A stretch of DNA of 63,260 nt, filler included, from Welwitschia mirabilis (lineage: Eukaryota), in the NCBI GenBank assembly GCA_051453625.1. It is 5 parts of one record of this genome, joined end to end, with 100 filler letters (N's around TTAATTAATTAA, not from the genome) between each part and the next. Parts side by side here need not be neighbours in the genome. Positions count along the whole stretch, not along the records: positions 39,087 to 61,972 come from JBOZIK010000001.1; 4 more parts are not named here. One strand, written 5' to 3'. The notes under the pieces were generated by a model, which was not told the origin of the DNA, did no database searches, and saw nothing but the letters and a program-made list of their open reading frames with translations. A program made the translations under genes and the position numbers. Positions 39,087 through 51,055 of the stretch are shown here, in pieces. Each line of letters begins with the position of its first letter. Position 1 is the first letter of the stretch.

Positions 39087-42000
39087 AGCGAGTGAGCGAA
39101 GCAAAACGAAATGAGGGGGCCAAATATTTGGGATTCATCTATGCAGTTTCACAGCAGTCTTTTTTGTGTTTGTACCTGTTGGATACATTTCTTTGAGGCG
39201 AAGCATGATGGAGAGACGATGGATATGCTCGTTGGTCGAAACTGAAACATTTGGATTGTTCTAAAGAAAGCCACTTTTGTGTAGAAGGGTGTCTTGAAGC
39301 TCTAGAGCTTGTGCAGCCGACATCCATGAAGGACGAAGNNNNNNNNNNNNNNNNNNNNNNNNNNNNNNNNNNNNNNNNNNNNNNNNNNNNNNNNNNNNNN
39401 NNNNNNNNNNNNNNNNNNNNNNNNNNNNNNNNNNNNNNNNNNNNNNNNNNNNNNNNNNNNNNNNNNNNNNNNNNNNNNNNNNNNNNNNNNNNNNNNNNNN
39501 NNNNNNNNNNNNNNNNNNNNNNNNNNNNNNNNNNNNNNNNNNNNNNNNNNNNNNNNNNNNNNNNNNNNNNNNNNNNNNNNNNNNNNNNNNNNNNNNNNNN
39601 NNNNNNNNNNNNNNNNNNNNNNNNNNNNNNNNNNNNNNNNNNNNNNNNNNNNNNNNNNNNNNNNNNNNNNNNNNNNNNNNNNNNNNNNNNNNNNNNNNNN
39701 NNNNNNNNNNNNNNNNNNNNNNNNNNNNNNNNNNNNNNNNNNNNNNNNNNNNNNNNNNNNNNNNNNNNNNNNNNTTTGTAGCTGAAAACAAAGACAACAA
39801 TAAGAGACGTGATCATGCAGGGGGAGAAGTAAAAGCAGAGGAGTTTCTCGTGGCGGAAACATAGAATGCTAGTTCTACAAGAAACTCGGGCATACGAAGA
39901 AAGACTATTACGCATGGAAGCCGAAGCAGAAAGAGGCATAAACAGGGCCATTCGGTAGAGTCTTCCTCATGGGTTAATTAGGCAGATGAGGGAGTTAGTT
40001 TTCTGGTGTCAGAACCATGTAGTCTTCTGGCAGAGAGGTCTAGTCAAGACGTCTGGCTAGTTGATTCAGGTGCTTCTTTTCATATTTGTCTAGATCATTC
40101 TATTTTCTCTACTTACAATTCTATTTCTTTCGGAGTTGTTTACACTGCCAATGAAGAACCTCTAAAGGTTGTTGGAGTAGGCAACATTGTTTTGCAACAA
40201 CCAGGATTGCCCAAGGTTACCATTAATAATGTTTGTCATCTTCCAAAGATGACGAAAAAGCTGTTTGCTATTACATAGCTTGATGAACTAGGTTTGGGCT
40301 TCTCTAGTGGAGGACGTTGGAAAATTACCAAGGGAATTTTAACAGTGTTGCAAGGAAAGGAAGATGGCAACATTATACCTTGGATGTAGATGCATATGTA
40401 ATGGTTGCTGCTATTGCAAAAGAGCAAAATGTTAGAGCTGTAACAGCTTCAGAGAATGTAGATGTCTAGCACAAACATTTGGGACACATAGGCAACTCCT
40501 GTCTTAAGGTGCTTTAATCTCTTTCCTTAATCCCTATGTTTTCACATGCTTCTATTGATATCTGTAAAGACTGTATTGTTGGTAAATCTAAAAGAGTCAA
40601 TTTCCGTAGGTATTTGGACATAGAAAGAAAAATAAATTAGAATTGGTTTATTCTGATGTGTGTGGGCCTATGAATTTTGCTTCTATTGGTGGCTTGCTTT
40701 ACTTTTATTGACGATTACACTAGGAAGGTTTGGGTGTACCCTCTCAAGTCCAAAGATGAAGTATTTGGTGTTTTTAAGTCTTTTGTTGCCAGGGTTGNNN
40801 NNNNNNNNNNNNNNNNNNNNNNNNNNNNNNNNNNNNNNNNNNNNNNNNNNNNNNNNNNNNNNNNNNNNNNNNNNNNNNNNNNNNNNNNNNNNNNNNNNNN
40901 NNNNNNNNNNNNNNNNNNNNNNNNNNNNNNNNNNNNNNNNNNNNNNNNNNNNNNNNNNNNNNNNNNNNNNNNNNNNNNNNNNNNNNNNNNNNNNNNNNNN
41001 NNNNNNNNNNNNNNNNNNNNNNNNNNNNNNNNNNNNNNNNNNNNNNNNNNNNNNNNNNNNNNNNNNNNNNNNNNNNNNNNNNNNNNNNNNNNNNNNNNNN
41101 NNNNNNNNNNNNNNNNNNNNNNNNNNNNNNNNNNNNNNNNNNNNNNNNNNNNNNNNNNNNNNNNNNNNNNNNNNNNNNNNNNNNNNNNNNTTGGTGGCTT
41201 TCTTTACTTTTATTGACTATTACACTAGGAAGGTTTGTGTGTACCCTCTCAAGTCCAAAGATGAAGTATTTGGTGTTTTTAGTCTTTTGTTGCCAGGGTT
41301 GAAACTTAAAGAGACCTTAGGCTGAAATGTATGTTGATTGACAATGGGGGGAGTATACCTCTAAGGTCTTTGGTGAATATTGTAGTAACAAAGGAATATG
41401 TCACATTTGCACTGCTCTAGGTACACACAGGAAAATGGTGTTGCTGAGAGATGCAACAGAACTTTGTTAGAGCGTACCAGATCAATGGTTGCAGCTGAAG
41501 GTCTGTCCAAGGTTTTCCACGTAGAGGCAGTGGTAACAGTTGTATAATTGGTGGATAGGTCTCCTCACTCCTCTCTCAGTAATGGAATTCCATAGATTTT
41601 TTTGGAGTGGTAAAAATGTTCCTTACAAACATCTAAGAGTTTTTGGATGTGAGGCCTACATGCACATTGAAAAGGAGAACAGGACAAACTTGCAAGAGAG
41701 AGCCAAACAATGTATATTTCTTAGTTTTTCAAAAGATGTTGAGATAGAGGATGAGCAAATTCCTGAAGAAATACATGAAGAAAATGTTTCAGAAGGTGAA
41801 AATTAGCAAGCTGAAAATGATGAAATTCTCTTGGATGAAAGGGAAGAGGAGGATGAATCACCTCTTCTTGCACCACATTGGGTGAGGCGTTTAACAAGTG
41901 CTACACGTCCACTAGACACGTATTCCTCATCATTGCATTATGTTTTGTATACTGGTTGTGGAGAGCTTAAAACAGTATAAGAGGCTTTATCTTGTGCTGC

Positions 42001-45000
42001 TGCTGTCAAGTGGAAGGCACCTATGGAGGAGGAATGGAAATCTTTGCAAGACAATAAAACTTGGGAGTTGGTTACTTTGCCCAAGGAAAGCAAAGCTCTA
42101 CATAGCAGGTGGATCTTTAAAATAAAAGATAAGGCTGATGGGAAGAAGAGCTCCAAGGCCAGGTTAGTAGTGAAAGGTTATGCGCAAAAGTCAGGTATTG
42201 TTTTTACAGAAATCTTTTCTCTTGTTGTAAAGCATTTATCAATTAGGATAGTTCTTTCTTTAATTGCTTGCTTGGATTTAGAGTTAGAACAATTGGATGT
42301 TAAGACAACATTTCTAAATGGGGACCTTGATGAAGAGATCTATTTGCATTAACCAAAGGGGTATTCAGACCAGCAAAGTTCTAATCTAGTTTGCAGGCTA
42401 CGAGAGAGATTGTATGGCTTGAAACAAGCTCGTAGACAGTGGTATAAAAGGTTTGATACATTCATGAAGCAACAATCTTACCAGAGAAGTCAGTTTGACT
42501 ATTGTGTTTACTTCTCTGAAGTGTTACAAGTAAATTTATCATTTTGCTATTATATGTAGATGACATGTTGGTTGTAGGGAATGATGTAGGTGAAATTAAA
42601 CGTTTAAAAACAACGATGAATAAGCATTTTGAAATGAAAGATCTTGGACAGGAAAATAAAATTTTGGGGATGAGAATAATGAGAGATAGAAGGTAGAGGA
42701 AGGTGTGGCTCAGCCAAAGTGATTATATTGGCAAATTTCTTCAGCGTTTTGGCATGTCAAATGCAAAATCAATAAGCACACCGTTGGCATCACATTTTAA
42801 GTTGTCAAGAGAAGATTGCCCACATTCAGATGAAGAATTTGCTAAAGTTGAAAATGTTCCTTACACTTCTACAATGGGATCTCTCATGTGTGCAATGGTA
42901 TGTACTCGTCCTAATATTGCTTATACTGTAGGAGTGGTCAACAAATTTATGACAAATTATGGTTGGAATCATTGGCTTGCTATTAAGTAGATTCTTATGT
43001 ATTTGAAGGCAATGCAAAAGGACTGCTCATGCTTTGGGAATGGTGAGTTATCCTTTCAAGGATTTGTGGATGCAAATTTTGCCGCAGACTTAGATAGTAA
43101 ACGTCCTTCTACTGGTTATGCATTCACACTTGCAGGGGCAACATTTAGTTGGTTGTCTCGATTGCAACATTAGTAACTTTGTCAACCATTGAAGTGGAAT
43201 ATGTGGTGCTTATAGAAGCTTACAAGGAGGTGATGTGGTTGCGCAAGTTTCTTGCTTCCCTTGGTTTTAAACAAGGTAACAGTCAAAGTGCAATACATCT
43301 TGNNNNNNNNNNNNNNNNNNNNNNNNNNNNNNNNNNNNNNNNNNNNNNNNNNNNNNNNNNNNNNNNNNNNNNNNNNNNNNNNNNNNNNNNNNNNNNNNNN
43401 NNNNNNNNNNNNNNNNNNNNNNNNNNNNNNNNNNNNNNNNNNNNNNNNNNNNNNNNNNNNNNNNNNNNNNNNNNNNNNNNNNNNNNNNNNNNNNNNNNNN
43501 NNNNNNNNNNNNNNNNNNNNNNNNNNNNNNNNNNNNNNNNNNNNNNNNNNNNNNNNNNNNNNNNNNNNNNNNNNNNNNNNNNNNNNNNNNNNNNNNNNNN
43601 NNNNNNNNNNNNNNNNNNNNNNNNNNNNNNNNNNNNNNNNNNNNNNNNNNNNNNNNNNNNNNNNNNNNNNNNNNNNNNNNNNNNNNNNNNNNNNNNNNNN
43701 NNNNNNNNNNNNNNNNNNNNNNNNNNNNNNNNNNNNNNNNNNNNNNNNNNNNNNNNNNNNNNNNNNNNNNNNNNNNNNNNNNNNNNNNNNNNNNNNNNNN
43801 NNNNNNNNNNNNNNNNNNNNNNNNNNNNNNNNNNNNNNNNNNNNNNNNNNNNNNNNNNNNNNNNNNNNNNNNNNNNNNNNNNNNNNNNNNNNNNNNNNNN
43901 NNNNNNNNNNNNNNNNNNNNNNNNNNNNNNNNNNNNNNNNNNNNNNNNNNNNNNNNNNNNNNNNNNNNNNNNNNNNNNNNNNNNNNNNNNNNNNNNNNNN
44001 NNNNNNNNNNNNNNNNNNNNNNNNNNNNNNNNNNNNNNNNNNNNNNNNNNNNNNNNNNNNNNNNNNNNNNNNNNNNNNNNNNNNNNNNNNNNNNNNNNNN
44101 NNNNNNNNNNNNNNNNNNNNNNNNNNNNNNNNNNNNNNNNNNNNNNNNNNNNNNNNNNNNNNNNNNNNNNNNNNNNNNNNNNNNNNNNNNNNNNNNNNNN
44201 NNNNNNNNTTCCCTTGGTTTTAAACAAGGTAACAGTCAAAGTGCAATACATCTTGTTAAGAATTCAGCCTTTCATGCTAGGACAAAACACATTGGTATCG
44301 GATTTCGTTTTGTAAGAGAAATTGTTGAATGTGGGTTGGTTAACATTCAAAAGATTCATATGAAGTTGAATGTTGGTGATTCTCCTACAAAGGTGGTGGC
44401 AGTGGAGAAGCATAACTTCTGTAAAGGAAAGCTTGGAATTGCCATAACTTGAGCAATGGACAGTAAAGGGACACTTTGAAGCAATGCATCTCTTTTAATT
44501 CTTGGAGGCTGGTTAGATTTGTTTTGAAGGGGAAGAATTGTTGGAGTTGATGTCAAATCCTTTTTTGTATCTTTTATTTTTCCCTTGTTGCAGCACTTTA
44601 TTTGTAAAGTGTATTCCTCTTCTTATATTATTAAAGTGAGAGGGGGCTATTTTACAAAGTTAATGTAAGATTAGGTTTTTTAAACCTAAAGTGAGCCTAT
44701 TTAAAGGGAAGGGTTTTGAGGGAGGATGATCATTTTGAACACTCTGGCTATTGAGGATGACTTGTGTCCTCGCCTTATTTTCAAAATCTTAAGAGAGCTC
44801 TGCATTGCTTCCCTGGTTTTTCCCCACAGTGGGGTTTTCCATGTAAATTCCAGTGTGCTGTTTTGATTTCTGTTTTTGTGCTACTTTTTGCTGCTATTCT
44901 TAACACTTCATACCTCCCAACATCCTGTCTTACGTTTTTTCCCCTTAATCTTACCCTTGGGTTTTATATCCCTAATTTCTTTCTTTGGCTTTCACATGCC

Positions 45001-45080
45001 TTAGCTTCTTATCTTTGAGCTTTACACATCCTAGTCTCTTGTCTTGGGCTTCATATGCTCTTTGTTATCTTCTTGTAACA
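39087..45080 (+). mobile_element. Ty1/copia retrotransposon (Tork/Tnt1-like); 5' LTR missing, 3' LTR 44539-45080
   Basis: Protease WLVDSGASFH at ~40054; integrase ELVYSDVCGP, FIDDYTRKVWVY, NGVAER; RT KARLVVKGY, QLDVKT, LLYVDDML; RNase H LSTIEVEY. PPT GAAGGGGAAGAAT then TGTTGG at 44539; LTR ends TTGTAACA at 45080. Confidence 0.93.
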
Positions 45081-45899
45081 AAGTCCTCTTAACACCATTG
45101 GATTTTTAGTAGTTTGCCTAACCTGAAACTCTACTTAATAGCCAATTCATTCGAATTGGCTGCTCTAGCTACTAGAAGACTTAATCCTGCTTTGTGCAAT
45201 GTTACTCTAATTGATGTTGAAGAATGTATGCGTCCTTGTGTTGAGCTTCATATGGGTTTTAACATAACTAATTCTACTTTTGAACAAATAGCTTAGTACA
45301 AAATTGTTCATGGGCTCAACTTGTATGATCCTCATGGTGCTGCCTTTAGCCATGCATCTGTTGTCAGATATTTCTGATTATTGCGATGAACAAATATGCT
45401 TAACAGAAAAGCTACTAGGTTAATCCTCATTGATATTAATAAAGATTCTCTGGATATTTTTATAAAGGAGCAGAAAACCAAGTAGATGAGCCAAACCACA
45501 TAAACCAAAATATGGGAAGTGAACAAGCTTTAAATGAAAACGTAACACACAGTTTAAGTAAAACCCTCATGAAATCTTACCCAAGCTTCTACTTGATATG
45601 CTTCAATCCTTTACTTGGGTCCATGGTGAGCCTATAAGTGATGGCATTGGGACTTCAAATCCAACAGATAATACTAATACTACTGAAAATCCCATGAAGA
45701 TGTAGATATACCAAATCCTACAAAATTACTAGACTTGATACACCTTTCCAAGGACTGAAAGCTGAACCCAGCACCCTCAACCTACGATAGGAAGACTACT
45801 CAAATGATTACAACCACGAAGAACACAGATTATTCCACAATTACACAACTCACATCAAAAGTCTAACTTGAACACAAGGGAAATGTTACTCCAAGAACA

Positions 45900-47260
45900 A
45901 GACGACCTTGAAACTATACAACCTAATCCTTCTTTCCAACAACATACTCACCAGCTTATCCGTAAGCCAAGGAGAAGCCAAAAATTGGCAAAACACAGAA
46001 TGGAAGTAAAGACCCTTGAGAGGACACTTCCATCTCCTACCTAATTAGAGAGCTTTGACAATGATGAAGATCACGGTTTATATCCTGTCAAAGACATCAT
46101 AGGAGACATCAAAACCAATGTAGAGATCATCAACCGCCTCTACATGTGGGTCAGAACTAAAACGACATTATTATCCAAAAAGGCTATAGTTGTACCTTAG
46201 GTTTTCCAATCCCAAACGGATCGTAATCTACCCAATGTCATCCAACAATTAAAGAGAGAAGTTCAACCACTTTGCTAAAAGCGACTTGACCTCGTCAGGA
46301 GACTTTGAATTCCTAGCACAAGACCCTATTTATCGTAGCATACCCATACCACATCTACCTCAAGGAACTGAAAGCCTTTGCATTGAGGAATTTACTAGTG
46401 AAATCGACCTAGTGGCACAGGTTTAAGCCTATTGCAATGTCTTCATTATGTTTGCTGATTACTGACAAGCTGGGATAAATTTCTTCTGTTGTTCCCTAAA
46501 AGGCTATACGTTAGACTGGTGTTGCAATCTNNNNNNNNNNNNNNNNNNNNNNNNNNNNNNNNNNNNNNNNNNNNNNNNNNNNNNNNNNNNNNNNNNNNNN
46601 NNNNNNNNNNNNNNNNNNNNNNNNNNNNNNCTGGTGTTGCAATCTACAATAATATTCCATATCAAATGCACAAGAATTATATGAAGCTTTTTTGCAAAAA
46701 ATTGACATAAACTAAATTGAAGAAGATCCTTCTTTGACCTTGAAAAACACCCAAGGCAATGATCAATCACTTTAGATTTCACCATTGATTGGACTAAGGC
46801 TTGACGAGCACTCCACCCACTTCTCGATGACAACAAACTGGTCTCTATATGTGTAGACAAATGTGACCTTTCCATGCACTTTAAAGTAGCCTACATAGAT
46901 ACTAGTTCTCAAGGCAAACTTTTGCAAGGTGTAGCGAAGAGGTTGACATTCACAAAAATTGGCTTATCTAAGACCCAATCAATGGCAAAGCATTATGTCT
47001 TGAATCCAATGATCAACATAACAAGACTATTGACAGCAATATCACAAATTGAATAGAGATCAAGGTGGACGAAATCATCAAATTCCACGAATGTCAAACC
47101 TCTCAAATTGCAAAATGGGTCAAACATCTAAATGAAATGAGAAAACAATGTTATCAGGTCACACAACAAAGAAATTATAGGAGTCATTTTCGTGATCAAA
47201 ATTGAGGTAATGCACAAGGACATCAATCTTATAGAAATGGTGGATTATACTCTGCTACCT
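45900..47260 (+). mobile_element. Decayed gypsy (probably Tat) gag remnant
   Basis: EEFTSEIDLVAQV*AYC...FFCCSLKGYTLDWCCNL (~46385-46530) resembles the Retrotrans_gag pattern F..SL.G.A..W...L; downstream sequence is low-complexity gag-like. Confidence 0.55.
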
Positions 47261-48232
47261 TGCTCACAAGCCCAAAACTCATAACTTGTGAGTACAAAAC
47301 TCATAACATGAGTGAACTGATTTTCAAATCATGCTACCGAGCATAGAATTCAAAGCATCAAAAGTGAAATCCTAGCTTCTCAAGTTAGGAGTCACGAAGA
47401 CAACACGAAAGTCACTCAGTTCATCTCAGCCCAAAATTTGACATTTCCTACATAAAATGATTTTCCGTTTGATCTTTGAAAGTGTTAAAAACTTTTAAGT
47501 TTCATAGGCTGTTGCGTGCACACACATCTTTCATTAGTTTGGTTCTTATGCTTTTTACGCCAATTAGCTTTGAAATAGTGTGCTCTAGTCTGACCAATGG
47601 ATGATCTATATCAAAATTCTCATTGGTAACAAAGCAATCTACATAGATTGTTGTACTAAGCTGATTGAATACTAAACATAATTTACCATGCTCAGTAAGA
47701 AGTGTGTTATCTACTTGAAACTGACCTACTAACCATCTCATGTATTCGACTAACCAAACCCTTTCTAGATCTATTTTGTCCACTATCACACCATTGTTGG
47801 CTTCTTTCTTGCCAATAGTCACAAAACATAAATTCTGGCAATATTTTGCTTTATCATTTGTGAGAAAGCTCCAACATGTCTTCAAGTTTTCCTTTGATAA
47901 AGAAAACTGTATGCCACCCCTAAAATTATGGAACAATAAATCAAAAATCTTTATAAAATTGGCATGAAGGACAATTTGTTTTCATGCATCTATGTTGCAA
48001 TTGCGAAAGGTTTTGGTTCCTTAACATCATCTTGCTGAAACGGTGTATAGTGGGGCTTTATGACCACCAATTGATTTTTGAAACCAATTGGGCATGCAAT
48101 CGCATGAACCCTTTCACCATTTCTTTTCATTTATTCTTTCCCATACTTTCTCTGGAGTTGGAGGGGGATGAACATGACTTAAGGCCATCACTTCAAAACT
48201 ATACAACACCAACAAATCATTCAAATTATTTT

Positions 48233-51055
48233 TGTGAAGTCAAAAAGCAATGAATCAATCATTCAATGTATTCAAAATCACAAAAATAAGGGCAACCTAT
48301 AATCATGTCCTTTGGTAAAACCCTCAAACGAAGATGAAAACATCCAAGAGAGAAGAGACAACCCTTCTATCCAATGTGCAAGGATCTAAGCCCTTTAAAT
48401 AGGGTAGGGGTTGTAATCTAAATCAAGCTTAAAACCTTAAACCTCACCATGCATTGTCTTATTCCTTAGATCTATTCATAGACGTCGATTTACATTCTAA
48501 ACTTTAATTATAAGATGTAAGTGGACTCCAAGGGTTAATCCTCCTTTACAACATTGCAGTATCACTCATTAATTCTAACACAACATTTGGCTTCAAACTT
48601 TGACAATCTCCCACTATAAGGCGAATCTACCTTCTCCATCCATGCAAAGCAACTAGATTATCAATTCAATGTCCAACATCACATAACATCTTGTGGCCAC
48701 GATACCTCCAACTAAAACAACCTTCAACAAGACTAAAAGGATTCTTGCATAAATCCACTAAAACAAATTGGATCATGGTAGAGAGTAAGAGCTATGTTGC
48801 AAACATTACAAACTAGAAGCAATATGTCATGATGCAGAGAGAATACAGTATGAGAGAATATCATCCTCCACAACAACACCATAGACTTATCCTAGAGACT
48901 CGACCTTGTTGGAGGACTCATTACCATGCATAAGTAAAGAAAAAGTTTTCTTTAAATGTCCTTTCCAATTGCAATTTCAGCAATATTGGTTGTTACTTCT
49001 TTTCCTTCTTTTCAGTTCCACTTAGATACGTCATGTCAGTCCTGGATGGAAATCTATATATCTGAGAACATTGTCATTCCTCCATCTTGAGAACACTTAA
49101 GACTTCATCATAGTCCATGGCAATGAAGGTATTTGCACTTATCACTGTCACTACATGGCCCTAGCCTTCTAGTAAGGCACTCAACAAGATTAAGAAGCAT
49201 TCATTGCATGAAACCATACATTTACCGATTGGATCGGAATCGCGATCTAGGTGATCTTGGATCATGCTTCAATTGAAGCCGATCTGGATTGGTTCTGGAT
49301 TGTCCTTTCATAAGAATCATGATTTGTAGACCTGAAGTCGCGATTTGGAGTAGATCGTACAGATCACAATCTGCACGATTTCATGATAGTGGGGACTGTT
49401 TTAAAAAGCTACCGAATAGTGCCTTTAAAAACACAATTTTCCCAGCACCGTTGTCATTTTTTCATCCTAGCGCTTCAAAAATTTAGACATCATTTGATAA
49501 AATCGAAAATTGATTTCTTTGATTGAATCAATTGCACTCTAGCACTGTTCTCTTTGGTAGTCACCATGTACTTTTGAACTTGGATGAGTTGAATGTTTTG
49601 AGTCTTTTGACTGTTTTGAGATGATGATTTATAATTTGGAACTCTGCATTTTTAAAGTTGTATTCACATTGTATGACACTTATGTGGTTGAAGGCTTAGA
49701 GTTTTAAGTAATTCAACTTTTAATTACCTATATGCTTGCTTTTCAAATTAATCATAACAGTGAAAATTGAATTATAGTTTTACATGTTATTGTCCTCACA
49801 ATTGCAAGGTTGTCTTTTAAAAATTAAAATATATCTATTTTTACTTTTTTTAATATTTTCAATTCGGAGTGATCTGGGGTCCACTTCGGAGCGATTTGAC
49901 GATCCAGAATCTTCAAAACCAAAAAGTGATTTGTGGTCCGCTCCGATCCATGCAAGTATCCCTAAAACCTTGAGAACTTATTGCTTCAAATTTGAGATTG
50001 CAGCATTAAATTGTGCTGAGAAATTTGGCAGCTTCTTAGATTCTTACATATCCATTTAATGAAGCTTTTTGTACAAATAAACCTTATTGCATTCCATTTT
50101 TGCATGGAAACACATGTCCATCTTCTTTAATTTTCCTACCATCATATGTTCATTTTGGTGCTTGGTCAAGGTTGAATAAGCAAGGTACCTTAGGACTAAG
50201 CCAAGTGCCCTTTGCTCTTAGCCTCAACCATTTCTCACCAAAAATAGACAAAGATTTGCTAGAAAGAGCAACACATCATCCTTTCTTATATAAGAGATCT
50301 ACGATTTTCATTTTGCATAGACCACAATCCCTTTTACCAACATTTTCAACAGTAGTTATTTTTGCATTCATTAGTCACATTGAATCAAGAATTTGTAACG
50401 AAAGAAAAACAATCAACTATAACTCTTAGCAAAGCTCAAAATACTCAATGTTGACACTGCACATTCTCAAAGATTTGCACAAATCTCTTCATAGGAAGAG
50501 TGGAGCTCAAACAACTGAAAGACCTCTTGATCCGACTTCTTTAGACATTTGCACTACCTTCTTGTTCATGCAATTAGTAAAACCTGTGGCTCAAGACCTA
50601 ACATTGTAATACCAATTGTTACAAAAAATTAGAGCTTGTGCACAACAACAAGAAGAACAATAAAGCATGAAGCAACAAAAAAGTGAAAAACAAGAAAATC
50701 CACAAGACGTGCAGATTTACATCGTAAAACCCTCAAAGATTTGAGGGAAACATTTACGAGAGAAGAAAGAGCTCTATTGTTTATTTTGTAATTGAATTTG
50801 TCACTATACAAAGTGCTAGGATCCAATTTGTTTAAATAGGGTTAGGGTTTTAACTCAAACCAATTTGGAAACATTAGATCCTACCTTTGATTTGCTTACA
50901 TGTCTTGCTCTTGCATTTATTCGTAGATCTAACTTTATGTTTTAGCTTTTAATTACAACATGTATATGAACTATTAGACTATAAGGGCTGATCTTCCTTT
51001 ACAACTTTACAATGTAACACAACTTCAACACAAGATTTGACTTCAAACCCTAACA
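48233..51055 (-). mobile_element. Non-autonomous copia derivative: two LTRs, PBS, gag, no recognisable pol
   Basis: 5' LTR 50617-51055 and 3' LTR ~48233-48605 share GTAAAACCCTCAAA, TTTAAATAGGGT and CTTCAAAC...ACA. Decayed iMet PBS (ATACCA ~50609-50614); PPT AGTGGGAGAT at 48606-48615 (minus). Gag remnants 48850-50400 include knuckle CNWKGHLKK. Confidence 0.75.
49216..49970. mobile_element. hAT-like non-autonomous element/MITE inserted in copia gag
   Basis: CGATC/GGATC-rich subterminal motifs at both ends (49225-49380, 49860-49950) around an AT-rich core; right end TAAAACCTTG (CAAGGTTTTA-type TIR); left TIR not found. Interrupts the gag remnant. Confidence 0.5.

Noticed and set aside
40686-41301. 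Direct repeats flanking N gaps (40686-40797/41191-41301; 43256-43302/44209-44256; 46516-46530/46631-46645)
   Set aside because: Overlapping contig ends on either side of gaps; most likely assembly artefacts.
43149-44315. Long ORFs containing X runs (also 32367, 35349, 39139, 40660)
   Set aside because: Their length comes from translating N gaps.
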